From assembly GCF_009914755.1 (NCBI RefSeq), contig NC_060935.1: a stretch of DNA of 64,000 bases. One strand, written 5' to 3'. Below the pieces are notes generated by a model that was not told where the DNA came from, searched no databases, and saw only the letters and a list, made by a program, of their open reading frames with translations. Position numbers and translations under genes: made by a program. This document shows, one piece after another, positions 43,497 through 64,000 of this stretch (positions are counted from its first letter, which is position 1; each line of letters opens with the position of its first letter). This DNA is from the human T2T-CHM13v2.0 reference genome, Homo sapiens.

Positions 43497-43687
43497 GTAC
43501 CTGTACTTCACCAACATGCAGGACCGGGCAGCCAAGATCGAACGCGCAGCCCTGGACGGCACCGAGCGCGAGGTCCTCTTCACCACCGGCCTCATCCGCC
43601 CTGTGGCCCTGGTGGTAGACAACACACTGGGCAAGCTGTTCTGGGTGGACGCGGACCTGAAGCGCATTGAGAGCTGTGACCTGTCAG
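43497..43687 (+). CDS. LRP5: LRP5 exon 15 (191 nt), propeller 4
   Basis: ctcccgcag|GTACCTG ... TCAG|gtacgc; [13 protein letters not shown]. Confidence 0.98.
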
Positions 43688-44372
43688 GTACGCGCCCCGG
43701 GGCCTGCCCTAACCGCAGACACCCGGCCTTCATTGTCAGTAATGGCAGCAGCTGCCACATTGTCCGAGACCTGCCGTGAGCCCAGTGCCGCGCCAGGGGC
43801 TTTGTGTGTAGCGTGTTTTGTCCTCACACTGACAGCTGTAGGCTGGGGTTCTGAGTGAGCCCCACAGGGCAGAGGCAGAAAATGAGTCTCAGAGAGGGTG
43901 AGCGAGCTGCTTGGGGCCCCACAGCAGGAGATGGAGCAGGACTGCAGCCTAGCCTCTGCCCCCAGCACCTGCGCAAGAAGCTGCTCTGCTCTGGACTGTG
44001 TTAGGCTGCGAGGGCTGGAGAGAAATGAGAGTTGGTGCTTAGAGAGGGGGCGCAGGTCCCCATGGCTTTTCCTCTTATGATGAGGTAGATGGGTGAAGGG
44101 AGGGGCCATGCTTGCAGGGGCCAGTGACCGAGGCCCGCCGTTGGAACTGATGGCCTTCATCCCGAGCCCAGCCCAGGTGGGAGCAGGGCTTTCCGAGGGC
44201 TTGTCTTGGGTCGGCCTGCTTCCAGGGACTCTGCTGCAGCTCCCACCCCTGTCCAAAGCATGGAATCCCCCAGGCTCCCTGGCAGTCCTGTCAACCTCTG
44301 TCCTCCCAAGCTGAGTGTGGGGCAAGTTCTGGAGGTCAGCACTGCTCAGGGGGGCCCACGGGCTGCTTGCAG

Positions 44373-44582
44373 GGGCCAACCGCCTGACCCTGGAGGACGC
44401 CAACATCGTGCAGCCTCTGGGCCTGACCATCCTTGGCAAGCATCTCTACTGGATCGACCGCCAGCAGCAGATGATCGAGCGTGTGGAGAAGACCACCGGG
44501 GACAAGCGGACTCGCATCCAGGGCCGTGTCGCCCACCTCACTGGCATCCATGCAGTGGAGGAAGTCAGCCTGGAGGAGTTCT
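44373..44582 (+). CDS. LRP5: LRP5 exon 16 (210 nt), end of propeller 4
   Basis: gcttgcag|GGGCC ... TTCT|gtacgt; [15 protein letters not shown]. Confidence 0.96.
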
Positions 44583-44754
44583 GTACGTGGGGGCTGGCAG
44601 TGGGGTGGGCAGGGTGGCCTCTAAACCCGACCCCTGGAGGAGGCTGGAGGCCAGTGCAAGATCCTGTGTGGCCTCAGCCAGGCGGTGGTCTCTGCCAGAT
44701 GCCAACTGTTGCCCGCTGGGGTTCAGCGACATGTCCGAATGTCCCGAGGCCTCT

Positions 44755-45635
44755 GAGGTTGTTTTCTTTTGCCGCAGAACAAATCACCACGAACAGCGTT
44801 TTAAGACAACACCAACTCTTTTTTTTTTTTTTTTTTTGAGTCAGGATCTTGCTCTGTTGCCCAGGCTGGGGTGCCCTGGTGCAAACACAGTTCACTGCAG
44901 CCTCGACCTCTGGGCTTAATTAAGTGAACACCTTGCCTCAGCCTCCCAGGTAGCTGGGACTACAGGTGGGCACCACCACACCTGGCTAATTTTTTTTTGT
45001 AGAGACGGGGTTTCCCCATGTTGCCCAGGCTGGTCTGCAACTCCTGGGCACAAGCTATCTGCCTGCTGTGGCCTCCCAAAGTGCTAGGATTATAGGTGTG
45101 AGCCACTGGCCTGACAACACCCACGGATTGTCTCTCAGTTCTGTAAGGCAAAGTCCAGGCACAGCGTGGCTCACCTGGGTTCTCTGCTCAGGGTCTCACG
45201 GGGCCAGAATCAAGGTGTCAGGAACGCTGGGCCCTCAGCGGAGGCTCTGTGGAGAAATTAGCTTCCTTGCTCACTCAGCAGGTAGCAGTTGTGGGATCGA
45301 GGTTCTGTTTTCTCTCTGGTTATTGGTCGGGGACCACTCTCAGCTCCTAGAGGCCACCACAGGTCCTTGCCCCGTGGCCCTCTCTGCCTCAGCAGTGGGG
45401 GCTCCCTGCGTCAGTCCCTCCCACACCTTGAGTCTCTCTGATTTGCTTCTAAAGGGCCCTGTGATTCGGCTCAGCCACCTTTAGATTAGGTTAGCCTCCC
45501 CTTTGATAGACTCCAAGTCGGCTGATTAATAACCTTAATCACATCTGCAGAATCCCTTCTGCCACATAAGGTCATGACGCCGTGCTGGGGACTGGGGTGG
45601 GAAATTACGGGGTCATTTAGGATTCTGCCTGCCAC
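44755..45635 (-). mobile_element. MaLR LTR (MLT1E/F-like) interrupted by Alu 44818-45111(-)
   Basis: ctctgctcagggtctcac...aatcaaggtgtcag, ctctcagctcctagaggcc, ccttaatcacatctgcagaatccc. Confidence 0.65.
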
Positions 45636-45714
45636 TGCCTTGCTGTGTCCCAGGGCTTGGGGGAGGGGCCTCCACAGCTGGGACCACAGTCCTTCCTCCC
45701 CTCCATGGTAACCA

Positions 45715-46698
<984 letters not shown>

Positions 46699-46706
46699 TA
46701 ATTCCC

Positions 46707-47172
46707 ATGTGTATTAGTGTCCCACGGCTGCTGTAACAAATGACCACAAACTGGATGGCTTAAAGCAACAGAAATGGATTCCCCCAATGTGCTGGAGACC
46801 AGAAGCCTGCGACCAAACTGTTGGGAGGGCTGTGCTTCCTCTGGGGGCTCCAGGGAGGATCTATTTGTTGGCCCTTCCAGTGCTGTGGGTGCCAGCGTTC
46901 CACACTTGTGGATGCGCCGCCTCAACCTCTGCCCATCTTCATGTGTCCATCTCCTTTGTGTCTGCGTCTTTACCTCTTCTTCTTGTCTGTGTTGCCTCTT
47001 ATAAGGACGTTTGTCATTGGGTTTAGGGCCCACCCAAATCATCCGAGATGACCTCGTCTTGAGATCCTTAACCTGCAAAGACCCTTTTTCCAAAAAAAGG
47101 TTATGCTCACAGATTCTAGGCCTTAAGACATGGGTGTATCTTTCTGGGGGGCACTATCCAACCCCTTATACA
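46707..47172 (-). mobile_element. MaLR solo LTR (MLT1C-like)
   Basis: tgtattag...ggctgctgtaacaaatgaccacaaactgg.tggcttaaa.caacagaaat; cttataaggac...cattgggtttagggcccacc. Confidence 0.8.
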
Positions 47173-47189
47173 ATGAAAGACGGGAAGAG

Positions 47190-48156
<967 letters not shown>

Positions 48157-48318
48157 GTAAGTAAATAGGAGGAGAGACAAGTGGGCAGTTCAGACTGATG
48201 GTATGGGCACAGTAGAGACTGGTGCAGACAGGCTGGCCTGTGATGTCAAGCAACTTCTGTAATTGTTTCCGGCATCCATTTGTGTGTCAATTTCCGTGTC
48301 AGTAGGAAGACTCTGTAG

Positions 48319-48630
<312 letters not shown>

Positions 48631-48739
48631 TGATGGACAGGTACCTGATTCTCTGCCTGCTAGGCTGCTGCCTGGCATCCTTTTAAAATCACAGTCCCTG
48701 TGGCATCCAGTTTCCAAAGCTGATTGTGTCTTCCTTTGC

Positions 48740-49635
<896 letters not shown>

Positions 49636-50132
49636 CTCTCCTTCTACCCTTGATCCTCTTCTCCCCCTAGGGCTTCCTGGTGTTAGTGGTGGGAGAGTGG
49701 GGTAGTGAAGAACCTGGACTTTAGGGCCAAAGAGGCCAGGGTTCAAATCCTGGCTCTGTCACTTCCCAGTTGAGTGACCCTGGCTGGTGCCTGAATCTCT
49801 GTGAGCCTCCACTTCCTCCTCTGTGAAATTGAGAGCACTTACCTGGCAGGCTGTCATGGGCATCAAGTAACAGGGCACTCCACCTGGACCCTGACACGTG
49901 ATGCACAGGAATGCCAGCTGCTATGCCATGGGTGTGGCAGTAGTAATAAAGTGACCATCTGTATCCTCACCACAGTGAAGCCTGTCCAGGGCTTTCTCTC
50001 CTATGCCCCCATGCCTCCAGGTGGCCTTGGATCCTGTTGGTTCTGTGCTCTGCTCAGCGACCTTTCTCCCGTGGGAGTTCCTGGGGGTTCAGCTTCATCC
50101 TACAGACAGCAGCACACACTGGCTGTGCACCC

Positions 50133-50453
<321 letters not shown>

Positions 50454-52430
50454 TAGCAGTTTGTCTTGTTCCTGGAGAGACTGGCTCCTGCCCAGGAGCT
50501 CGGGGAGTAGGGCCGCGGGGTGCTGCCTCACACCTCGAGTTTGGCCGTAAGCAGAGGGGACATTTTGTGACTGTCCCCCTCCTGAGCTTCCCAGCAGCTT
50601 TTCTCCAAGTTACAGCCCAAAAGCTCAGGTGGATTTGCAACCCAACGGTGTCTGTGCACCTCCCACTGATGCCCGAACTGCCCTGGCCAAGAAACGGGGC
50701 CGTCAGAACGCTGCACTAACTGCAGCCTTGGGCCTCCATGCCAGAGGCCATGCCCTTCCATCCACCACCCCCTGGCCTGGGCCCTGGGCCCTCCTGGCTC
50801 GGGAACTCCAGGCCCCTTCCTCACGGCTCGAGAGACGTGTATTTACCGCACAGGTGCTTGTCATTCTCTTGTGGCCTCTTCTCCAGGGAGATCACAGAAG
50901 GACAGGGCCTCACTGAGGTCTCGGACATGGACCCTTTGATAGTGGCAGGAGCCAGGCTGGGCAAGAGGCGGCCACAGTCACCTCAGCAGTGCCATCACCA
51001 CCGCCATTCAGCCCTTCCCTGAGCCGGGCGCGCCCCTGGCTCTGGCCCCAGTGTCCCAGTTACAGCTCACAGGAGCTTGTGGTGCCCAGCGGCTGCTTCT
51101 GATTGAGAGTCGAGGTCGGAGGCTTTGGGAGGCTGAGAGGCTGCTCGGTTTCACAACTGCTGAGGGAGACTTGGGCTCCATCTCAGGTCTGCCCCATGTC
51201 GCCCTCAACCTCCAGCCACCGGTCCTCCGTGTCCCCCATGGCCAGGCACGGCTTGCAGACATCTGTCGTTGGCTCCTCTCAGCCGTCGTGGGCTGACCCT
51301 GGCACGTCCTCCTGTGGCTGAGCCCAGTGGGGACAGCTGCTTCCTTTTATTACCCTAGAACTCTCGTCTTTGATCAGGCCCCCTCCCCTATGCCACACAG
51401 TCCCTGTCACTCGGGTGAGCCCAGTAGTCATGGGGAAGGCCTGCGGGTTCCAAACATCCAAAGGCTTGCGTGCAGCATGACAGCTTGAAACCGATGTTTT
51501 TTACCTTGATCAGATTTCAGCTTGGCGGGGGCTTTGCTCAGCTTTCAGTGAGGCCTGGGCCGATTTCCCAGCATCCCCTCCTGAGGCCAGCCTCTGTTTC
51601 CTGTGATTTTCTGCACAAAGTGGGAGGGAGGAGTCCTAGGAAATGGGGGGCCACCTCGAAGCCTAGGCCTCCTCTGGCTTCTCTGTGCCAGTGCCCCCAC
51701 GCTTTGTGTCTGTGTCCCCAGCCCATGGGACTCTGCTATTCCCTGAGTGCTGCCGCATGCCCAGCCCGCACTGAGGACGTGGAGCCCCGAGGGGCAGGAT
51801 GGCCTCCATGGTCACACGTAGGAAGTGGCCTCCACCCTCCGATGATCCTCTCCCTCCTCCCTTTCAGCGCCCTCCCCGGGGGTGTCCTCAGCCCTCCTGC
51901 CTGTGCTTTGTCCCGTCTTCTGCAGGCGCCTGGGACGTGCTGACAGGTCCTCTGCCGGCTCCTGCCTTGCTATGCGCACGCTGGTCACCACAGAGGCCTG
52001 GCCCTTCTTCTGTAGCAGTCCCACACCCGCAACAGGTGTGGCTGCTGACCACCTGCTTTCTGCCCCTCTGGTCCTGAGGAGGGCGCAGTGGGCACTCAGG
52101 CGTGGCTGAGCAGATGTGTGTTGCCGGGAGGAGGAAGGACTGCTCCAGTCAGGGCTGAATTTCCCACCCGGAGCATTTCTGCTGTATTTGGTGTAGCGCC
52201 TGCTGCTTAAAGCTCTGATTCCCAGTTGGCACCCTTTCCCTTCTGCATTGAAAAACATACGGATGCATGTCTTCTTGCAGTGAATGTGTATTCTCCCAGC
52301 CTCTCTTCTGGGTTGGGGCTGGAGGTGGAGCGGCACACAGGAGCCGCAGCGATGGAGGATGTGCGGGTGCAGCACCCCGTACAGCAGGGATGCCAAACCC
52401 GCGCTGAGTCCCTCTCAACTTCTGCTTTGA

Positions 52431-52877
<447 letters not shown>

Positions 52878-53205
52878 TAGGCCCAACAAGGAAAACTCTG
52901 CAGTTCCACCCATCCTGTCCCACCAGGTAGTGTGGCTTGAAGGCAGACTGTGAGGGTCTATCTCACCTTCCTGCATTAGGTCAGGAGTTTCACAGAAACC
53001 TGAGGCACATTCAGGGGTGGGCTGCAGAGGTCCATGGCTCACACCCTGGAAAATCCGCCCCCAAAAGACAGTGCTGTCTCCACTGACCAGTCTGTGGGAT
53101 AGTGCTTAAGCCTGAGTGGTTTCTATCAACATGTAGAATCAGGAGGTATAAAGAGATTTGCTCAGGCATCCTGGGCCCTCTCTGACCAGCAGGATCTTCC
53201 TTTAG

Positions 53206-53653
<448 letters not shown>

Positions 53654-53873
53654 TGAGGAGCTGTTGATGCCCTCGCTCTCCCAGAGCCACCGGCTCTGTT
53701 AGATAATTCACATGCAGTCTGGCCACTGTCCTACGTCCTCATTCACAAAGAGCAGACATTTCGTAGAAGATGAGGGCCTGGGAGTAACCTCCCTGCATGT
53801 TTTTCTATAAAGGCATAGTGGTTAAGTCCTTCCAGCTCATTGACCATTGGAGAATTTTATGGAGGCTGTAGAC

Positions 53874-54100
53874 TAGGGGCTGGTAAACTAAGGGCCCAGG
53901 GGCCAAATCCAGCCTGCCACCTACTTTTGTAAATAAAGTTTTCTTGGTGCACAGCCATGCCCATTCATTCATTTGCACAATGTCTGTGGCTGCTTTCATG
54001 CCAAAAGCAAGAGAACTGAGTGGTTATGCTGGAGACCTACGGCCTTCAAAGCCCCAGACCTCACGTCTGGCCCTTGACAGACAGAGCTTCCCCAGCCCTG
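53874..54100 (+). mobile_element. MER58A-like hAT transposon
   Basis: ggggctggtaaacta...gggccaaatccagcctgccacc...ttttgtaaataaagtttt.ttgg..cacagccatgcccattc. Confidence 0.8.
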
Positions 54101-54172
54101 CTGCGCATCCTGGCCCAGCATGTGCTGTGTGTGTGATTTCAGCTTGCAGGAGCCGTGGTTAGGAATTGTCCC

Positions 54173-54972
<800 letters not shown>

Positions 54973-55671
54973 GAGCCCCCTCGTCCCGCTCTAGCTTCTC
55001 CTCCCGTGTGCCCCGCGGTGCTGGTGGCAGGCCCTTACGCCGGTTCTGGCTGCATGCTCTGTTCCAGAAGCTTTCTTCCCTGCTTGGTTACCAGAAAATC
55101 ATCCCATCCATTACAAGGACAGGGTCCCCTTATCTCCCATTCCCAGGGCAGGACACCGGGGGCAGGGCAGGTGGGGAACTGAGCAAGTTCTCTGGGGGCA
55201 GGCGTGGCTATGGCTCCCTCTGGGTGGGCGTCTGGGGAGGGGTGGAGGCAGCCGTCAGCGCCCTGGCTTGCTCTTCCTCCCTGGCCAGAGACTGTGGCCT
55301 TGTGCTGCTCCCGTGTGGGCTGCCTGCACCTCCAGTGGGTTGTGCTCCCTCCCCTCCCCTCCCCTCAAGCTCTGCTGAGCACCACTGCCTTCCACAGCCC
55401 CCACTCTCGGGAGGCGAGGCTCCTCGTGGCCATTCCTGTCCTTGGCACCCACCCCCCCACCAACCTGGTAGAGCCTTGGGCGGGGTCTGTTACTCCTTGC
55501 ATGGCGTAGACCTCCCCACAGTAGGCACCTGACACATACCTCCTGGGGGGCAGGCAGGAGGTGCGTTGAGGTCTCAGCCCTGGCAGTCCCTCCCCTGCGT
55601 GGCATAGGCCTCGCCACAGGGTCATCGAGGGTGGGTGGAGACTGTACTAGACCACTCCCCGCTGGTCCTAG

Positions 55672-56082
<411 letters not shown>

Positions 56083-57204
56083 TGAGCTGTGGGCTCGGCG
56101 GCTACAGAGTCTGCCTCAGTGGGCGGGGCTGATGGTGTCCAGGTGCCTGCAGCACGCACCCACCCACGGGACCTTGCTGAGCAGCGTCTGTCAGGCAGCA
56201 AGATTACCCGAGGGCTGCAGTGGTCCTGTTCCCTGGCAGCTTACTGTCTGGCTGAGGAGGAGTGATGTTCACATATGCACACATGTCATGTGCACACACA
56301 TGTACATGACAACATCCCACATGCTCCTCAAATAGCATGACCTGTACAGTCACGGATATAGGGCCTAGGGGATAGGAGGCCAAGACAGTCAGGGAAGACT
56401 TTCCAGAGGCAGTGGCTCCTGAAAGGCTGTCTGATTCAGGCAGGAAGGGAGCTGAGTTCAGATAGGAAGTAGCAATGAGTCATTGTGTCTGGGGACATGG
56501 CCACTCCTTCGCTGCAGAGGGACCTGGGCTGAGAGCTCCTCTCTTATGGCTGCAGTCGGGAGAGAAGTCTGTTGGGGGGAGAAGGGGGCTTCCTCAAGGG
56601 ACTCCCTGTGCCCTTTGGCACCTTCGTGCCAGGTCAGGCTTGAGGCCTGAAGGCAGTGGTGGGGGCCACCAAGGGTCGCCTCCTCTGCTGGGCAAGTTCC
56701 CAGTCTGACGGGCCTGTGCCGTGGGCCCCAGCTGTGGGGGCGCTGTTGATGCGCAGCCAGGCCTCGCCGCCAGAGCCCGCACGCTTCCATTCCGCTGACT
56801 TCATCGACGCCCTCAGGATCGCTGGGCCGGCCCTGTGGGAGAGTGAATGTGGCTTTTGCCAAAGTTGAGTCTGGAGCCTGGAAACTTCCCTATGGGCAGC
56901 CTTGATAGTGGAGTGGCCCAAGGAGCCCACCCAGCCGACCCTGCCCCTCCCGTGGCTGGTGGGCGGCACCAGGGGCTGCCTGGCTTTGCTCGTTCACCAA
57001 CATCACCTGGGCTGGCCAGGGCGCGCTCACTTCTGCCACCACCGAGGGCCCTGGGCGAAGGAGTGAATACCAGGCTGCCTTGGCAGGGATGTGTTGAGGG
57101 CTGTGGGGAGTCGGACAGCGGCGGGGGTCAGAGGAGGAGGAGGGTGCACCGTGCAGGCTGAAGGGCCACGTTACCCTGAGGTTGGCCAGGCTCCCCAGGC
57201 CTAG

Positions 57205-57624
<420 letters not shown>

Positions 57625-58574
57625 TAGTCTGGGCAGCTTTGGGGAGTGGAGCAGGGATGTGCTACCCCAGGCCCTCTTGCACATGTGGCAGACATTGCTA
57701 ATCGATCACAGCATTCAGCCTTTCCCACTGAGCCTGTGCTTGGCATCAGAATCCTTCAACACAGAGGCCTGCATGGCTGTAGCAACCCACCCTTTGGCAC
57801 TGTAGGTGTGGAGAAAGCTCCTTGGACTTGACCTTCATATTCTAGTAGGACATGTGCTGTGTTGTCCACAAATCCTCATGTACCCTAGAAATGAATGTGG
57901 GGGCGGCTGGGCTCTCTCCAGAGCTGAAGGAATCACTCTGTACCATACAGCAGCTTTGTCTTGAGTGCAGCTGGGATTTGTGGCTGAGCAGTTACAATTC
58001 CTACGTGGCCCAGGCACCAGGAACGCAGGCTGTGTTTGTAGATGGCTGGGCAGCCGCACCGCAGAGCTGCACCATGCTGGTTTGTATCACATGGGTGACC
58101 ATGGTATGTCTAAGAAGGTGGAGTCCCTGTGAGGTCTGCAGGTGCCCCCACAGCTCCAGGCCACCTTGAGGATTGCCTCTGCCTGCCCAGCCCTGAGTTC
58201 CCTCTCCCCTGTCCTGTCCCACTGTCACCCCAAGCCGGCCTCATTGGGAGCCTGTTGGATGGCAGGGTATAGATGTAACCTGATTCTCTCTGGGGAGCGG
58301 GGTTATCTGGCTTCTCAAGAGCTCCTAGGAGCCCACAGTGGTGGCACCATCACAGTCGCAGCAGCCCCCAGAGAACGCGGCCCTGTCTGTTCCTGGCGTG
58401 CTCTGTGCTGCCCCGCCTGGGTTCCCTGCCCCAGTCGCAGGCCCCTTGGAGGAGGTACCATGTGTCTCCCGTTTCACAGATGAGCCCCGGGGAGCTCACT
58501 CTAGTAGTGGCCAGAGAGGCCTGCGGCTCAGGGAGCGGGGCACATTTCCAACAGGACACACCGCCCTGGTCTGA

Positions 58575-58997
<423 letters not shown>

Positions 58998-59659
58998 TAA
59001 TCTGAAAACTACACAAAAATATAAAGAGCCAAAATCTCACCCAAATCCACCTCCTAGAGTGGCTGTTGGGCTCCGTCAGCATCCAGGCGGCCGTCTGTGT
59101 TCCGCACGGCCCAGCCCATCGATAGCCGCCTGCACCAGGCCTGTCTGCCCTCTGTGAGCCTCCCCACAGGGTTCCCTCCACAAACACCCTGTTCTCCCAC
59201 CCAGGGCTGGCTGCTTCCTGGAAAACAGCTGGATGGTTTTGTGCATGACAGACAAACACAGGGTGATTTTCGTGGCTAAAATACTCCCTGGAGCTTTTGG
59301 CAGGGTGAGGGGCTGGCTCCAGCTGAGCCACGCCTTGAGTGAAATGACTGTGAGGAGAATAAACTGCCGCTGCCCTCCAGGATCACTGGGGCTGGCTGGG
59401 GAGAACCCCCGTTTCTGGGAGCACAGTCCCAGGATGCCAAGGCGAGCTTGGTGCCGAGATGTGAACTCCTGAGTGTAAACAGCGGGGGCTGACTTGACAT
59501 GCTTTGTATGCTTTTCATTTGTTCCTGCAGCTGTATGCCCCTAAGGTGAGTCCAGCCCCCTTCTGCTTCCTCTGGGGCCTCGCCAGTGAGCCCCACCTTG
59601 CTGGGGCTGGTTCCTCCTGCCCTTCTGGGTATCCCTCACATCTGGGGTCTTGTCTTCTT

Positions 59660-60275
<616 letters not shown>

Positions 60276-60634
60276 TGGGGTATTGTCTTCTTATGGCACC
60301 TGACTGTGGTGGGCCCTGGGAAGGAAGTAGCAGAAGAGGGTTCTTCTTGGTTTCCTGGACAGTAACTGAGTGTTCTGGAGGCCCCAGGGCCTGGCTTTGT
60401 TTAGGGACAAAGGGAACTGGTAACCAGAAGCCGAGAGTTTAAACACCCACTGCCCTTCTTCCCTGCTCCTGCTGCTGCAACCCAGCTTAACCAGCCAGGA
60501 GTGCTAGGAACCCAAGCAGGGCCCCCGAGCACACAGCAGGCAGCTCACGAATTCTCTTTTCCTGTTCTCCCTTGGGAGCTGGGAGGATCTTAATCAGGCA
60601 ATAAGAGATGGCACTGAGCAGCCAGCTAATTTTT

Positions 60635-61473
<839 letters not shown>

Positions 61474-62117
61474 TGACATATGTGTTTTCGTAAGCCCGAA
61501 AGATAGCATCTGAAGAGTCAACATTGAGCCTTGCCTTTTGCTGCTAACGATGTATAAAAGCTGCTGTTCTGAGCATTTCGGAGGCTCCCAGCTGCCGTGT
61601 GCACCCTGCCTAGAGCTCTACCGTAACCCATCTCCGGGAGGAGGTGCTATTGTTTTCCTCATTTTGCAACAAGGAGGCTGAAGAACTGAGCATGAACCAC
61701 TGGCCTGGGTCGTTCGGTTGGTAGGCAGTGGGGCCAGGCCATCCAACTCACAACCACCTTCTACTCTGCTTCCCCCGCACCCTGAAGTTTGTTCTGTTTT
61801 GAGGACACAGCCGTCACATTCTTGGTGGCTGAACAGCACTCCTTGTCAGGCGTGGCTGGGCCCCCACTGGAGGGCATCATGGTCCTCTCTCCTGCTGCGG
61901 TTGAACCTTGGCTGTTTCAACCACTCCTGCCAAGTGGCCCTCTGAAAGGGACAGTCCATCTTTTCTCAGCAGAGGGCCACACTGGCAAAACGGTCCCTGG
62001 CACCCTTTCTCTCCACCTGTCTAATATAGAGTAAAAATGGTATCATGTTAAGATCTTCATTTATATTTATTTTATCATGAATGATGTAAGCATCATTTTG
62101 TGTGTTTAAGAACCTTT

Positions 62118-63435
<1,318 letters not shown>

Positions 63436-64000
63436 GCAGGAATAGCAGATGAGCCGAGGTGGGGCCTCCCCAGCCCCCACCCCCCACCCCCCACCCTGGG
63501 CCGAGATCCAGTCCTCTTTGAATAGGGCCTGGCCGTGGTTCACGGGACATCTGAGACATTGCCGAGGCGCTGCACTGGTGGATCTTGCCAGAAGTCTGCC
63601 CAGTGCAGATTTGGGCAGAATCTCAAACTGCCTTGGGATGTAGGAGAGAAACCAGGCCTGGTCAAGTTCATGGGAAGAGGTGGAAACAGACCCCATAGGC
63701 TGGGGCTTGGGCAGCTGTAGGAAGCCCTCTCTGCTGCCTCCCTGCCTGCTCTCTGCTTTGAAGCATCTTCCCCAGTGCCCCCAGTCTCATGCCCTCTCAA
63801 CGTTGGGGTCAAATCCTGAGGAATACCCAGACTGGCTCTCTGGGCCAAAGAGGACCCTCTCCAGAAAGAGCAGGGCCCAGTGCGGCTTCCTAAAGGGCAG
63901 GGGAAGGGCCTGGCCACTCCCCAGAGGCTACTCACCAGCCATCAGGATAGCCCCAGGAAGCAGGCCTTCTCGAGCCCATTTTATTACTTTATTTTATTAT

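Overview
Human genomic DNA (Alu-dense, GC-rich, with a human-specific AluYb8) lying entirely inside the LRP5 gene on the + strand (Wnt co-receptor, 11q13). The window runs from intron 5 into intron 21. It contains 16 coding exons (exons 6-21, 3473 nt, about aa 339-1496) that join in one open frame: YWTD beta-propellers 2-4 with their EGF modules, three LDL-A repeats, the transmembrane helix and the start of the cytoplasmic tail. All junctions are GT-AG except intron 13, which is GC-AG. The introns hold roughly 50 Alu copies, old L1M fragments, MaLR LTRs, MER58/Tigger/MER5 DNA transposons, MIRs, and several mini- and microsatellites. I found no convincing new gene or multi-component system; the other ORFs in the track are Alu-, repeat- or GC-derived noise. 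The most interesting signals are: an AluYb8 that appears to have replaced the left arm of an older Alu; a ~0.9 kb 16-mer array full of branch-site-like TACTGAC motifs upstream of exon 7; the GC donor of intron 13 with a competing GT 4 nt away and a 20-mer array at its acceptor; a CpG-rich 52-bp VNTR; a direct repeat at the ends of a published LRP5 deletion isoform; and an (AT)26 between inverted Alus. Exon and amino-acid numbering and repeat subfamily names come from recall, not from a database search. Repeat boundaries are approximate.
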